A stretch of 64,000 bases of DNA from Eledone cirrhosa (lineage: Eukaryota), in assembly GCA_964016885.1 (NCBI GenBank), contig OZ024750.1, positions 39,928,001 to 39,992,000 on the forward strand. The letters run 5' to 3'. Made by a program: the position numbers and the translations under genes. How positions within the stretch are numbered: the first letter of the stretch is position 1; the number at the start of each line of letters is the position of its first letter. The notes under the pieces are model-generated. The model was given only the letters and a program-made list of their open reading frames with translations. It was not told where the DNA came from and made no database searches. Positions 14,801 through 29,900 of this stretch are shown one piece after another.

Positions 14801-17800
14801 GACCCTCAGCGTCTATTGACACCTCCCCCCAGTCATAGAAGCCTGTATTCTTTGTGTCTCGCTGTCCCACCGACCCTCAGTGTCTATAGACCCCCCCCCA
14901 GTCATAGAAGCCTGTATTGTTTGTGTCTCGCTGTCCCACCGACCCTCAGCGTCTATAGACACCTCCCCCCAGTCATAGAAGCCTGTATTGTTTGTGTCTC
15001 GCTGTCCCACCGACCCTCAGCGTCTATAGACACCTCCCCCCAGTTATAGAAGCCTGTATTCTTTGTGTCTCGCTGTCCCACCGACCCTCAGCGTCTATAG
15101 ACACCTCCCCCCAGTCATAGAAGCCTGTATTGTTTGTGTCTCGCTGTCCCACCGACCCTCAGCGTCTATAGACACCTCTCCCCCGTTATAGAAGCCTGTA
15201 TTCTTTGTGTCTCGCTGTCCCACCGACCCTCAGCGTCTATAGACACCTCCCCCCAGTCATAGAAGCCTGTATTCTTTGTGTCTCGCTGTCCCACCGACCC
15301 TCAGCGTCTATAGACACCTCCCCCCAGTGATAGAAGCCTGTATTGTTTGTGTCTCGCTGTCCCACCGACCCTCAGCGTCTATAGACACCTCCCCCCAGTC
15401 ATAGAAGCCTGTATTGTTTGTGTCTCGCTGTCCCTCCGAACCTCAGCGTCGATAGACACCTCCCCCCAGTCATAGAAGCCTGTATTGTTTGTGTCTCGCT
15501 GTCCCACCGACCCTCAGCGTCTATAGACCCCCCCCCCAGTCATAGAAGCCTGTATTGTTTGTGTCTCGCTGTCCCACCGACCCTCAGTGTCTATAGACAC
15601 CTCCCCCCAGTCATAGAAGCCTGTATTCTTTGTGTCTCGCTGTCCCACCGACCCTCAGTGTCTATAGACCCCCCCCAGTCATAGAAGCCTGTATTGTTTG
15701 TGTCTCGCTGTCCCACCGACCCTCAGCGTCTATAGACACCTCCCCCCAGTCATAGAAGCCTGTATTGTTTGTGTCTCGCTGTCCCTCCGAACCTCAGCGT
15801 CAATAGACACCTCCCCCCAGTCATAGAAGCCTGTATTGTTTGTGTCTCGCTGTCCCACCGACCCTCAGCGTCTATAGACACCTCCCCCCAGTCATAGAAG
15901 CCTGTATTGTTTGTGTCTCGCTGTCCCACCGACCCTCGGCGTCTATAGACACCTCCCCCCAGTCATAGAAGCCTGTATTGTTTGTGTCTCGCTGTCCCAC
16001 CGACCCTCAGCGTCTATAGATCCCCCCCCCAGTCATAGAAGCCTGTATTGTTTGTGTCTCGCTGTCCCACCGACCCTCGGCGTCTATAGACACCTCCCCC
16101 CAGTCATAGAAGCTTGTATTGTTTGTGTCTCGCTGTCCCACCCACCCTCAGCGTCTATAGACACCTCCCCCCAGTCATAGAAGCCTGTATTCTTTGTGTC
16201 TCGCTGTCCCACCGACCCTCAGTGTCTATAGACACCTCCCCCAGTCATAGAAGCCTGTATTCTTTGTGTCTCGCTGTCCCACCGACCCTCAGCGTCTATA
16301 GACCCCCCCCCCCCAGTCATAGAAGCCTGTATTGTTTGTGTCTCGCTGTCCCACCGACCCTCGGCGTCTATAGACACCTCCCCCCAGTCATAGAAGCTTG
16401 TATTGTTTGTCTCGCTGTCCCACCGACCCTCAGCGTCTATAGACACCTCCCCCCAGTCATAGAAGCCTGTATTCTTTGTGTCTCGCTGTCCCACCGACCC
16501 TCAGTGTCTATAGACCCCCCCCCCCCAGTCATAGAAGCCTGTATTGTTTGTGTCTCGCTGTCCCACCGACCCTCAGCGTCTATAGACACCTCCCCCCAGT
16601 CATAGAAGCCTGTATTGTTTGTGTCTCGCTGTCCCTCCGAACCTCAGTGTCAATAGACACCTCCCCCCAGTCATAGAAGCCTGTATTGTTTGTGTCTCGC
16701 TGTCCCACCGACCCTCAGCGTCTATAGACACCTCCCCCCAGTCATAGAAACCTGTATTGTTTGTGTCTCGCTGTCCCACCGACCCTCAGCGTCTATAGAC
16801 ACCTCCCCCCAGTTATAGAAGCCTGTATTCTTTGTGTCTCGCTGTCCCACCGACCCTCAGCGTCTATAGACACCTCCCCCCAGTCATAGAAGCCTGTATT
16901 GTTTGTGTCTCGCTGTCCCACCGACCCTCAGCGTCTATAGACACCTCCCCCCCGTTATAGAAGCCTGTATTCTTTGTGTCTCGCTGTCCCACCGAACCTC
17001 AGCGTCTATAGACACCTCCCCCCAGTCATAGAAGCCTGTATTCTTTGTGTCTCGCTGTCCCACCGACCCTCAGCGTCTATAGACACCTCCCCCCAGTCAT
17101 AGAAGCCTGTATTGTTTGTGTCTCGCTGTCCCACCGACCCTCAGCGTCTATAGACACCTCCCCCCAGTCATAGAAGCCTGTATTGTTTGTGTCTCGCTGT
17201 CCCTCCGAACCTCAGCGTCTATAGACACCTCCCCCCAGTCATAGAAGCCTGTATTGTTTGTGTCTCGCTGTCCCTCCGAACCTCAGCGTCTATAGACACC
17301 TCCCCCTTGTCATAGAAGCCTGTATTGTTTGTGTCTCGCTGTCCCACCGACCCTCAGCGTCTATAGACACCTCCCCCCAGTCATAGAAGCCTGTATTGTT
17401 TGTGTCTCGCTGTCCCACCGACCCTCAGCGTCTATAGACACCTCCCCCCAGTCATAGAAGCCTGTATTCTTTGTGTCTCGCTGTCCCATCGACCCTCAGC
17501 GTCTATAGACACCTCCCCCCAGTCATAGAAGCCTGTATTGTTTGTGTCTCGCTGTCCCACCGACCCTCAGCGTCTATAGACACCTCCCCCCAGTCATAGA
17601 AGCCTGTATTGTTTGTGTCTCGCTGTCCCACCGACCCTCGGCGTCTATAGACACCTCCCCCCAGTCATAGAAGCCTGTATTGTTTGTGTCTCGCTGTCCC
17701 ACCGACCCTCAGCGTCTATAGACCCCCCCCCCCAGTCATAGAAGCCTGTATTGTTTGTGTCTCGCTGTCCCACCGACCCTCAGTGTCTATAGACACCTCC

Positions 17801-19300
17801 CCCCAGTCATAGAAGCCTGTATTGTTTGTGTCTCGCTGTTCCACCGACCCTCAGCGTCTATAGACCCCCCCCAGTCATAGAAGCCTGTATTGTTTGTGTC
17901 TCGCTGTCCCACCGACCCTCAGCGTCTATAGACACCTCCCCCCAGTCATAGAAGCCTGTATTGTTTGTGTCTCGCTGTCCCACCGACCCTCAGCGTCTAT
18001 AGACACCTCCCCCCAGTCATAGAAGCCTGTATTGTTTGTGTCTCGCTGTCCCGCCGACCCCCAGCGTCTATAGACCCCCCCCAGTCATAGAAGCCTGTAT
18101 TGTTTGTGTCTCGCTGTCCCACCGACCCTCGGCGTCTATAGATGCCTCTCCCCAGTCATAGAAGCTTGTATTGTTTGTGTCTCGCTGTCCCACCGACCCT
18201 CAGCGTCTATAGACACCTCCCCCCAGTCATAGAAGCCTGTATTCTTTGTGTCTCGCTGTCCCACCGACCCTCAGTGTCTATAGACACCTCCCCCCAGTCA
18301 TAGAAGCCTGTATTCTTTGTGTCTCGCTGTCCCACCGACCCTCAGCGTCTATAGACCCCCCCAGTCATAGAAGCCTGTATTGTTTGTGTCTCGCTGTCCC
18401 ACCGACCCTCGGCGTCTATAGACACCTCCCCCCAGTCATAGAAGCTTGTATTGTTTGTCTCGCTGTCCCACCGACCCTCAGCGTCTATAGACACCTCCCC
18501 CCAGTCATAGAAGCCTGTATTCTTTGTGTCTCGCTGTCCCACCGACCCTCAGTGTCTATAGACCCCCCCCCCAGTCATAGAAGCCTGTATTGTTTGTGTC
18601 TCGCTGTCCCACCGACCCTCAGCGTCTATAGACACCTCCCCCCAGTCATAGAAGCCTGTATTGTTTGTGTCTCGCTGTCCCACCGACCCTCAGCGTCTAT
18701 AGACACCTCCCCCCAGTTATAGAAGCCTGTATTCTTTGTGTCTCGCTGTCCCACCGACCCTCAGCGTCTATAGACACCTCCCCCCAGTCATAGAAGCCTG
18801 TGTTGTTTGTGTCTCGCTGTCCCACCGACCCTCAGCGTCTATAGACACCTCTCCCCCGTTATAGAAGCCTGTATTCTTTGTGTCTCGCTGTCCCACCGAC
18901 CCTCAGCGTCTATAGACACCTCCCCCCAGTCATAGAAGCCTGTATTCTTTGTGTCTCGCTGTCCCACCGACCCTCAGCGTCTATAGACACCTCCCCCCAG
19001 TGATAGAAGCCTGTATTGTTTGTGTCTCGCTGTCCCACCGACCCTCAGCGTCTATAGACACCTCCCCCCAGTCATAGAAGCCTGTATTGTTTGTGTCTCG
19101 CTGTCCCTCCGAACCTCAGCGTCGATAGACACCTCCCCCCAGTCATAGAAGCCTGTATTGTTTGTGTCTCGCTGTCCCACCGACCCTCAGCGTCTATAGA
19201 CCCCCCCCCAGTCATAGAAGCCTGTATTGTTTGTGTCTCGCTGTCCCACCGACCCTCAGTGTCTATAGACACCTCCCCCCAGTCATAGAAGCCTGTATTG
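11900..19300. repeat. ~3.7-3.8-kb tandem duplication with two whole-monomer losses in the second copy
   Basis: GTCAATAG ~11985/15799, CCACCCACC ~12323/16138, AGAAACCTG ~12927/16746 and CCCTTGTC ~13485/17304 recur at offset ~3815. Then CCATCGA ~13738/17486 (offset 3748) and GTCGATAG ~15448/19121 (offset 3673) step down by about one monomer each. Confidence 0.85.
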
Positions 19301-20949
19301 TTTGTGTCTCGCTGTCCCACCGACCCTCAGCGTCTATAGACCCCCCCCCCAGTCATAGAAGCCTGTATTGTTTGTATCTCGCTGTCCCACCGACCCTCAG
19401 CGTCTATAGACACCTCCCCCCAGTCATAGAAGCCTGTATTGTTTGTGTCTCTCTGTCCCACCGACCCTCAGCGTCTATAGACACCTCCCCCTCCACCAGT
19501 CATAGAAGCCTGTATTGTTTGTGTCTCGCTGTCCCACCGACCCTCGGCGTCTATAGACACCTCCCCCCAGTCATAGAAGCCTGTATTGTTTGTGTCTCGC
19601 TGTCCCACCGACCCTCAGCGTCTATAGACCCCCCCCCAGTCATAGAAGCCTGTATTGTTTGTGTCTCGCTGTCCCACCGACCCTCGGCGTCTATAGACAC
19701 CTCCCCCCAGTCATAGAAGCTTGTATTGTTTGTGTCTCGCTGTCCCACCGACCCTCAGCGTCTATAGACACCTCCCCCCAGTCATAGAAGCCTGTATTCT
19801 TTGTGTCTCGCTGTCCCACCGACCCTCAGTGTCTATAGACACCTCCCCCCAGTCATAGAAGCCTGTATTCTTTGTGTCTCGCTGTCCCACCGACCCTCAG
19901 CGTCTATAGACCCCCCCCCCCAGTCATAGAAGCCTGTATTGTTTGTGTCTCGCTGTCCCACCGACCCTCGGCGTCTATAGACACCTCCCCCCAGTCATAG
20001 AAGCTTGTATTGTTTGTCTCGCTGTCCCACCGACCCTCAGCGTCTATAGACACCTCCCCCCAGTCATAGAAGCCTGTATTCTTTGTGTCTCGCTGTCCCA
20101 CCGACCCTCAGTGTCTATAGACCCCCCCCCCCCAGTCATAGAAGCCTGTATTGTTTGTGTCTCGCTGTCCCACCGACCCTCAGCGTCTATAGACACCTCC
20201 CCCCAGTCATAGAAGCCTGTATTGTTTGTGTCTCGCTGTCCCTCCGAACCTCAGCGTCTATAGACACCTCCCCCCAGTCATAGAAGCCTGTATTGTTTGT
20301 GTCTCGCTGTCCCACCGACCCTCAGCGTCTATAGACACCTCCCCCCAGTTATAGAAGCCTGTATTGCTGTGTCTCGCTGTCCCACCGACCCTCAGCGTCT
20401 ATAGACACCTCCCCCCAGTTATAGAAGCCTGTATTCTTTGTGTCTCGCTGTCCCACCGACCCTCAGCGTCTATAGACACCTCCCCCCAGTCATAGAAGCC
20501 TGTATTGTTTGTGTCTCGCTGTCCCACCGACCCTCAGCGTCTATAGACACCTCCCCCCGTTATAGAAGCCTGTATTCTTTGTGTCTCGCTGTCCCACCGA
20601 CCCTCAGCGTCTATAGACACCTCCCCCCAGTCATAGAAGCCTGTATTCTTTGTGTCTCGCTGTCCCACCGACCCTCAGCGTCTATAGACACCTCCCCCCA
20701 GTCATAGAAGCCTGTATTGTTTGTGTCTCGCTGTCCCACCGACCCTCAGCGTCTATAGACACCTCCCCCCAGTCATAGAAGCCTGTATTGTTTGTGTCTC
20801 GCTGTCCCTCCGAACCTCAGCGTCTATAGACACCTCCCCCCAGTCATAGAAGCCTGTATTGTTTGTGTCTCGCTGTCCCTCCGAACCTCAGCGTCTATAG
20901 ACACCTCCCCCTTGTCATAGAAGCCTGTATTGTTTGTGTCTCGCTGTCC

Positions 20950-23900
20950 CACCGACCCTCAGCGTCTATAGACACCTCCCCCCAGTCATAGAAGCCTGTA
21001 TTGTTTGTGTCTCGCTCTCCCACCGACACTCAGCGTCTATAGACACCTCCCCCCAGTTATAGAAGCCTGTATTCTTTGTGTCTCGCTGTCCCACCGACCC
21101 TCAGCGTCTATAGACACCTCCCCCCAGTCATAGAAGCCTGTATTGTTTGTGTCTCGCTGTCCCACCGACCCTCAGCGTCTATAGACACCTCCCCCCAGTC
21201 ATAGAAGCCTGTATTGTTTGTGTCTCGCTGTCCCACCGACCCTCAGCGTCTATAGACACCTCCCCCCAGTCATAGAAGCCTGTATTGTTTGTGTCTCGCT
21301 GTCCCTCCGAACCTCAGCGTCTATAGACACCTCCCCCCAGTCATAGAAGCCTGTATTGTTTGTGTCTCGCTGTCCCACCGACCCTCAGCGTCTATAGACA
21401 CCTCCCCCCAGTCATAGAAGCCTGTATTGTTTGTGTCTCGCTGTCCCACCGACCCTCAGTGTCTATAGACCCCCCCAGTCATAGAAGCTTGTATTGTTTG
21501 TGTCTCGCTGTCCCACCGACCCTCAGTGTCTATAGACCCCCCCCCCCCAGTCATAGAAGCCTGTATTGTTTGTGTCTCGCTGTCCCACCGACCCTCAGTG
21601 TCTATAGACCCCCCCCCCCAGTCATAGAAGCTTGTATTGTTTGTGTCTCGCTGTCCCACCGACACTCAGTGTCTATAGACCCCCCCCCAGTCATAGAAGC
21701 CTGTATTGTTTGTGTCTCGCTGTCCCACCGACCCTCAGCGTCTATAGACACCTCCCCCCAGTCATAGAAGCCTGTATTGTTTGTGTCTCGCTGTCCCACC
21801 GACCCTCAGCGTCTATAGACACCTCCCCCCAGTTATAGAAGCCTGTATTCTTTGTATCTCGCTGTCCCACCGACCCTCAGCGTCTATAGACACCTCCCCC
21901 CAGTCATAGAAGCCTGTATTGTTTGTGTCTCGCTGTCCCACCGACCCTCAGCGTCTATAGACACCTCCCCCCAGTCATAGAAGCCTGTATTGTTTGTGTC
22001 TCGCTGTTCCACCGACCCTCAGCGTCTATAGACCCCTCCCCTCAGTCATGGAAGCCTGTATTGTTTGTGTCTCGCTGTCCCACCGACCCTCAGTGTCTAT
22101 AGACCCCCCCCCAGTCATAGAAGCCTGTATTGTTTGTGTCTCACTGTCCCACCGACCCTCAGTGTCTATAGACACCCCCCCCCAGTCATAGAAGCCTGTA
22201 TTCTTTGTGTCTCGCTGTCCCACCGACCCTCAGTGTCTATAGACACCCCCCGCCCAGTCATAGAAGATTGTATTGTTTGTGTCTCGCTGTCCCACCGACC
22301 CTCAGTGTCTATAGACACCCCCCCCCCCAGTCATAGAAGCCTGTATTCTTTGTGTCTCGCTGTCCCACCGACCCTCAGTGTCTATAGACACCCCCCCCCC
22401 AGTCATAGAAGCTTGTATTGTTTGTGTCTCGCTGTCCCACCGACCCTCAGCGTCTATAGACACCTCCCCCCGGTCATAGAAGCCTGTATTCTTTGTGTCT
22501 CGCTGTCCCACCGACCCTCAGTGTCTATAGACACCCCCCCCCCCAGTCATAGAAGCTTGTATTGTTTGTGTCTCGCTGTCCCACCGACCCTCAGCGTCTA
22601 TAGACACCTCCCCCCAGTCATAGAAGCCTGTATTGTTTGTGTCTCGCTGTCCCACCGATCCTCAGCGTCTATAGACACCTCCCCCCAGTCATAGAAGCCT
22701 GTATTGTTTGTGTCTCGCTGTCCCACCGATCCTCAGCGGCTATAGACCCCTCCCCCCAGTCATAGAAGCCTGTATTTGTGTCTCGCTGTCCCACCGACCA
22801 TCAGCGTCTATAGACCTCTCCCCCCAGTCATAGAAGCCTGTATTGTTTGTGTCTCGCTGTCCCACCGACCCTCAGTGTCTATAGACACCTCCCCCCAGTC
22901 ATAGAAGCCTGTATTCTTTGTGTCTCGCTGGCCCACCGACCCTCAGTGTCTATAGACACCTCCCCCCAGTCATAGAAGCCTGTATTGTTTGTGTCTCGCT
23001 GTTCCACCGACCCTCAGCGTCTGTAGACCCCTCCCCCCAGTCATAGAAGCCTGTATTGTTTGTGTCTCGCTTTCCCACCGACCCTCAGCGTCTATAGACC
23101 CCTCCCCCCAGTCATAGAAGCCTGTATTGTTTGTGTCTCGCTGTCCCACCGACCCTCAGCGTCTATAGACCCCTCCCCCCAGTCATAGAAGCCTGTATTG
23201 TTTGTGTCTCGCTGTCCCACCGACCGTCAACGTCTATAGACACCTCCCCCCAGTCATAGAAGCCTGTATTGTTTGTGTCTCGCTGTCCCACCGAACCTCA
23301 GTGTCTATAGACACCTCCACCAGTCATAGAAGCCTGTATTCTTTATGTCTCGCTGTCCCACCGACCCTCAGTGTCTATAGACACCCCCCCCAGTCATAGA
23401 AGCCTGTATTCTTTGTGTCTCGCTGTCCCACCGACCCTCAGCGTCTATAGACCCCCCCCCCCAGTCATAGAAGCTTGTATTCTTTGTGTCTCGCTGTCCC
23501 ACCGACCCTCAGCGTCTATAGACACCTCCCCCTAGTCATAGAAGCCTGTATTATTTGTGTCTCGCTGTCCCACCGACCCTCAGTGTCTATAGACCCCCCA
23601 GTCATAGAAGCCTGTATTGTTTGTGTCTCGCTGTCCCACCGACCCTCAGCGTCTATAGACACCTCCCCCCAGTCATAGAAGCCTGTATTGTTTGTGTCTC
23701 GCTGTCCCTCCGAACCTCAGCGTCTATAGACACCTCCCCCCAGTCATAGAAGCCTGTATTGTTTGTGTCTCGCTGTCCCACCGACCCTCAGCGTCTATAG
23801 ACACCTCCCCCCAGTCATAGAAGCCTGTATTGTTTGTGTCTCGCTCTCCCACCGACACTCAGCGTCTATAGACACCTCCCCCCAGTTATAGAAGCCTGTA

Positions 23901-26900
23901 TTCTTTGTGTCTCGCTGTCCCACCGACCCTCAGCGTCTATAGACACCTCCCCCCAGTCATAGAAGCCTGTATTCTTTGTGTCTCGCTGTCCCACCGACCC
24001 TCAGCGTCTAGAGACACCTCCCCCCAGTCATAGAAGCCTGTATTGTTTGTGTCTCGCTGTCCCACCGACCCTCAGCGTCTATAGACACCTCCCCCCAGTC
24101 ATAGAAGCCTGTATTGTTTGTGTCTCGCTGTCCCTCCGAACCTCAGCGTCTATAGACACCTCCCCCCAGTCATAGAAGCCTGTATTGTTTGTGTCTCGCT
24201 GTCCCACCGACCCTCAGCGTCTATAGACACCTCCCACCAGTCATAGAAGCCTGTATTGTTTGTGTCTCGCTGTCCCTCCGAACCTCAGCGTCTATAGACA
24301 CCTCCCCCCAGTCATAGAAGCCTGTATTGTTTGTGTCTCGCTGTCCCACCGACCCTCAGCGTCTATAGACACCTCCCCCAGTCATAGAAGCCTGTATTGT
24401 TTTTGTCTCGCTGTCCCACCGACCCTCTGTGTCTATAGACCCCTCCCCCCAGTCATAGAAGCCTGTATTGTTTGTGTCTCGCTGTCCCACCGACCCTCAG
24501 CGTCTATAGACACCTCCCCCCAGTCATAGAAGCCTGTATTGTTTGTGTCTCGCTGTCCCACCGATCCTCAGCGTCTATAGACACCTCCCCCCAGTCATAG
24601 AAGCCTGTATTGTTTGTGTCTCGCTGTCCCACCGATCCTCAGCGGCTATAGACCCCTCCCCCCAGTCATAGAAGCCTGTATTTGTGTCTCGCTGTCCCAC
24701 CGACCATCAGCGTCTATAGACCTCTCCCCCCAGTCATAGAAGCCTGTATTGTTTGTGTCTCGCTGTCCCACCGACCCTCAGTGTCTATAGACACCTCCCC
24801 CCAGTCATAGAAGCCTGTATTCTTTGTGTCTCGCTGGCCCACCGACCCTCAGTGTCTATAGACACCTCCCCCCAGTCATAGAAGCCTGTATTGTTTGTGT
24901 CTCGCTGTTCCACCGACCCTCAGCGTCTGTAGACCCCTCCCCCCAGTCATAGAAGCCTGTATTGTTTGTGTCTCGCTTTCCCACCGACCCTCAGCGTCTA
25001 TAGACCCCTCCCCCCAGTCATAGAAGCCTGTATTGTTTGTGTCTCGCTGTCCCACCGACCCTCAGCGTCTATAGACCCCTCCCCCCAGTCATAGAAGCCT
25101 GTATTGTTTGTGTCTCGCTGTCCCACCGACCGTCAACGTCTATAGACACCTCCCCCCAGTCATAGAAGCCTGTATTGTTTGTGTCTCGCTGTCCCACCGA
25201 ACCTCAGTGTCTATAGACACCTCCACCAGTCATAGAAGCCTGTATTCTTTATGTCTCGCTGTCCCACCGACCCTCAGTGTCTATAGACACCCCCCCCAGT
25301 CATAGAAGCCTGTATTCTTTGTGTCTCGCTGTCCCACCGACCCTCAGCGTCTATAGACCCCCCCCCCCAGTCATAGAAGCTTGTATTCTTTGTGTCTCGC
25401 TGTCCCACCGACCCTCAGCGTCTATAGACACCTCCCCCTAGTCATAGAAGCCTGTATTATTTGTGTCTCGCTGTCCCACCGACCCTCAGTGTCTATAGAC
25501 CCCCCAGTCATAGAAGCCTGTATTGTTTGTGTCTCGCTGTCCCACCGACCCTCAGCGTCTATAGACACCTCCCCCCAGTCATAGAAGCCTGTATTGTTTG
25601 TGTCTCGCTGTCCCTCCGAACCTCAGCGTCTATAGACACCTCCCCCCAGTCATAGAAGCCTGTATTGTTTGTGTCTCGCTGTCCCACCGACCCTCAGCGT
25701 CTATAGACACCTCCCCCCAGTCATAGAAGCCTGTATTGTTTGTGTCTCGCTCTCCCACCGACACTCAGCGTCTATAGACACCTCCCCCCAGTTATAGAAG
25801 CCTGTATTCTTTGTGTCTCGCTGTCCCACCGACCCTCAGCGTCTATAGACACCTCCCCCCAGTCATAGAAGCCTGTATTGTTTGTGTCTCGCTGTCCCAC
25901 CGACCCTCAGCGTCTATAGACACCTCCCCCCAGTCATAGAAGCCTGTATTGTTTGTGTCTCGCTGTCCCACCGACCCTCAGCGTCTATAGACACCTCCCC
26001 CCAGTCATAGAAGCCTGTATTGTTTGTGTCTCGCTGTCCCTCCGAACCTCAGCGTCTATAGACACCTCCCCCCAGTCATAGAAGCCTGTATTGTTTGTGT
26101 CTCGCTGTCCCACCGACCCTCAGCGTCTATAGACACCTCCCCCCAGTCATAGAAGCCTGTATTGTTTGTGTCTCGCTGTCCCACCGACCCTCAGTGTCTA
26201 TAGACCCCCCCAGTCATAGAAGCTTGTATTGTTTGTGTCTCGCTGTCCCACCGACCCTCAGTGTCTATAGACCCCCCCCCCCCAGTCATAGAAGCCTGTA
26301 TTGTTTGTGTCTCGCTGTCCCACCGACCCTCAGTGTCTATAGACCCCCCCCCCAGTCATAGAAGCTTGTATTGTTTGTGTCTCGCTGTCCCACCGACACT
26401 CAGTGTCTATAGACCCCCCCCCAGTCATAGAAGCCTGTATTGTTTGTGTCTCGCTGTCCCACCGACCCTCAGCGTCTATAGACACCTCCCCCCAGTCATA
26501 GAAGCCTGTATTGTTTGTGTCTCGCTGTCCCACCGACCCTCAGCGTCTATAGACACCTCCCCCCAGTTATAGAAGCCTGTATTCTTTGTATCTCGCTGTC
26601 CCACCGACCCTCAGCGTCTATAGACACCTCCCCCCAGTCATAGAAGCCTGTATTGTTTGTGTCTCGCTGTCCCACCGACCCTCAGCGTCTATAGACACCT
26701 CCCCCCAGTCATAGAAGCCTGTATTGTTTGTGTCTCGCTGTTCCACCGACCCTCAGCGTCTATAGACCCCTCCCCTCAGTCATGGAAGCCTGTATTGTTT
26801 GTGTCTCGCTGTCCCACCGACCCTCAGTGTCTATAGACCCCCCCCCAGTCATAGAAGCCTGTATTGTTTGTGTCTCACTGTCCCACCGACCCTCAGTGTC

Positions 26901-29900
26901 TATAGACACCCCCCCCCAGTCATAGAAGCCTGTATTCTTTGTGTCTCGCTGTCCCACCGACCCTCAGTGTCTATAGACACCCCCCGCCCAGTCATAGAAG
27001 ATTGTATTGTTTGTGTCTCGCTGTCCCACCGACCCTCAGTGTCTATAGACACCCCCCCCCCAGTCATAGAAGCCTGTATTCTTTGTGTCTCGCTGTCCCA
27101 CCGACCCTCAGTGTCTATAGACACCCCCCCCCAGTCATAGAAGCTTGTATTGTTTGTGTCTCGCTGTCCCACCGACCCTCAGCGTCTATAGACACCTCCC
27201 CCCGGTCATAGAAGCCTGTATTCTTTGTGTCTCGCTGTCCCACCGACCCTCAGTGTCTATAGACACCCCCCCCCAGTCATAGAAGCTTGTATTGTTTGTG
27301 TCTCGCTGTCCCACCGACCCTCAGCGTCTATAGACACCTCCCCCCAGTCATAGAAGCCTGTATTGTTTGTGTCTCGCTGTCCCACCGATCCTCAGCGTCT
27401 ATAGACACCTCCCCCCAGTCATAGAAGCCTGTATTGTTTGTGTCTCGCTGTCCCACCGATCCTCAGCGGCTATAGACCCCTCCCCCCAGTCATAGAAGCC
27501 TGTATTTGTGTCTCGCTGTCCCACCGACCATCAGCGTCTATAGACCTCTCCCCCCAGTCATAGAAGCCTGTATTGTTTGTGTCTCGCTGTCCCACCGACC
27601 CTCAGTGTCTATAGACACCTCCCCCCAGTCATAGAAGCCTGTATTCTTTGTGTCTCGCTGGCCCACCGACCCTCAGTGTCTATAGACACCTCCCCCCAGT
27701 CATAGAAGCCTGTATTGTTTGTGTCTCGCTGTTCCACCGACCCTCAGCGTCTGTAGACCCCTCCCCCCAGTCATAGAAGCCTGTATTGTTTGTGTCTCGC
27801 TTTCCCACCGACCCTCAGCGTCTATAGACCCCTCCCCCCAGTCATAGAAGCCTGTATTGTTTGTGTCTCGCTGTCCCACCGACCCTCAGCGTCTATAGAC
27901 CCCTCCCCCCAGTCATAGAAGCCTGTATTGTTTGTGTCTCGCTGTCCCACCGACCGTCAACGTCTATAGACACCTCCCCCCAGTCATAGAAGCCTGTATT
28001 GTTTGTGTCTCGCTGTCCCACCGAACCTCAGTGTCTATAGACACCTCCACCAGTCATAGAAGCCTGTATTCTTTATGTCTCGCTGTCCCACCGACCCTCA
28101 GTGTCTATAGACACCCCCCCCAGTCATAGAAGCCTGTATTCTTTGTGTCTCGCTGTCCCACCGACCCTCAGCGTCTATAGACCCCCCCCCCCAGTCATAG
28201 AAGCTTGTATTCTTTGTGTCTCGCTGTCCCACCGACCCTCAGCGTCTATAGACACCTCCCCCTAGTCATAGAAGCCTGTATTATTTGTGTCTCGCTGTCC
28301 CACCGACCCTCAGTGTCTATAGACCCCCCAGTCATAGAAGCCTGTATTGTTTGTGTCTCGCTGTCCCACCGACCCTCAGCGTCTATAGACACCTCCCCCC
28401 AGTCATAGAAGCCTGTATTGTTTGTGTCTCGCTGTCCCTCCGAACCTCAGCGTCTATAGACACCTCCCCCCAGTCATAGAAGCCTGTATTGTTTGTGTCT
28501 CGCTGTCCCACCGACCCTCAGCGTCTATAGACACCTCCCCCCAGTCATAGAAGCCTGTATTGTTTGTGTCTCGCTCTCCCACCGACACTCAGCGTCTATA
28601 GACACCTCCCCCCAGTTATAGAAGCCTGTATTCTTTGTGTCTCGCTGTCCCACCGACCCTCAGCGTCTATAGACACCTCCCCCCAGTCATAGAAGCCTGT
28701 ATTCTTTGTGTCTCGCTGTCCCACCGACCCTCAGCGTCTAGAGACACCTCCCCCCAGTCATAGAAGCCTGTATTGTTTGTGTCTCGCTGTCCCACCGACC
28801 CTCAGCGTCTATAGACACCTCCCCCCAGTCATAGAAGCCTGTATTGTTTGTGTCTCGCTGTCCCTCCGAACCTCAGCGTCTATAGACACCTCCCCCCAGT
28901 CATAGAAGCCTGTATTGTTTGTGTCTCGCTGTCCCACCGACCCTCAGCGTCTATAGACACCTCCCACCAGTCATAGAAGCCTGTATTGTTTGTGTCTCGC
29001 TGTCCCTCCGAACCTCAGCGTCTATAGACACCTCCCCCCAGTCATAGAAGCCTGTATTGTTTGTGTCTCGCTGTCCCACCGACCCTCAGCGTCTATAGAC
29101 ACCTCCCCCAGTCATAGAAGCCTGTATTGTTTTTGTCTCGCTGTCCCACCGACCCTCTGTGTCTATAGACCCCCCCAGTCATAGAAGCTTGTATTGTTTG
29201 TGTCTCGCTGTCCCAGCGACCCTCAGTGTCTATAGACCCCCCCCCCCAGTCATAGAAGCCTGTATTGTTTGTGTCTCGCTGTCCCACCGACCCTCAGTGT
29301 CTATAGACACCCCCCCAGTCATAGAAGCTTGTATTGTTTGTGTCTCGCTGTCCCACCGACACTCAGTGTCTATAGACCCCCCCCAGTCATAGAAGCCTGT
29401 ATTGTTTGTGTCTCGCTGTCCCACCGACCCCCAGCGTCTATAGACACCTCCCCCCAGTCATAGAAGCCTGTATTGTTTGTGTCTCGCTGTCCCACCGACC
29501 CTCAGCGTCTATAGACACCTCCCCCCAGTTATAGAAGCCTGTATTCTTTGTGTCTCGCTGTCCCACCGACCCTCAGCGTCTATAGACACCTCCCCCCAGT
29601 CATAGAAGCCTGTATTGTTTGTGTCTCGCTGTCCCACCGACCCTCAGCGTCTATAGACACCTCCCCCCAGTCATAGAAGCCTGTATTGTTTGTGTCTCGC
29701 TGTCCCACCGACCCTCAGCGTCTATAGACCCCTCCCCCCAGTCATGGAAGCCTGTATTGTTTGTGTCTCGCTGTCCCACCGACCCTCAGTGTCTATAGAC
29801 CCCCCCCCCCAGTCATCGAAGCCTGTATTGTTTGTGTCTCACTGTCCCACCAACCCTCAGTGTCTATAGACACCCCCCCCCCAGTCATAGAAGCCTGTAT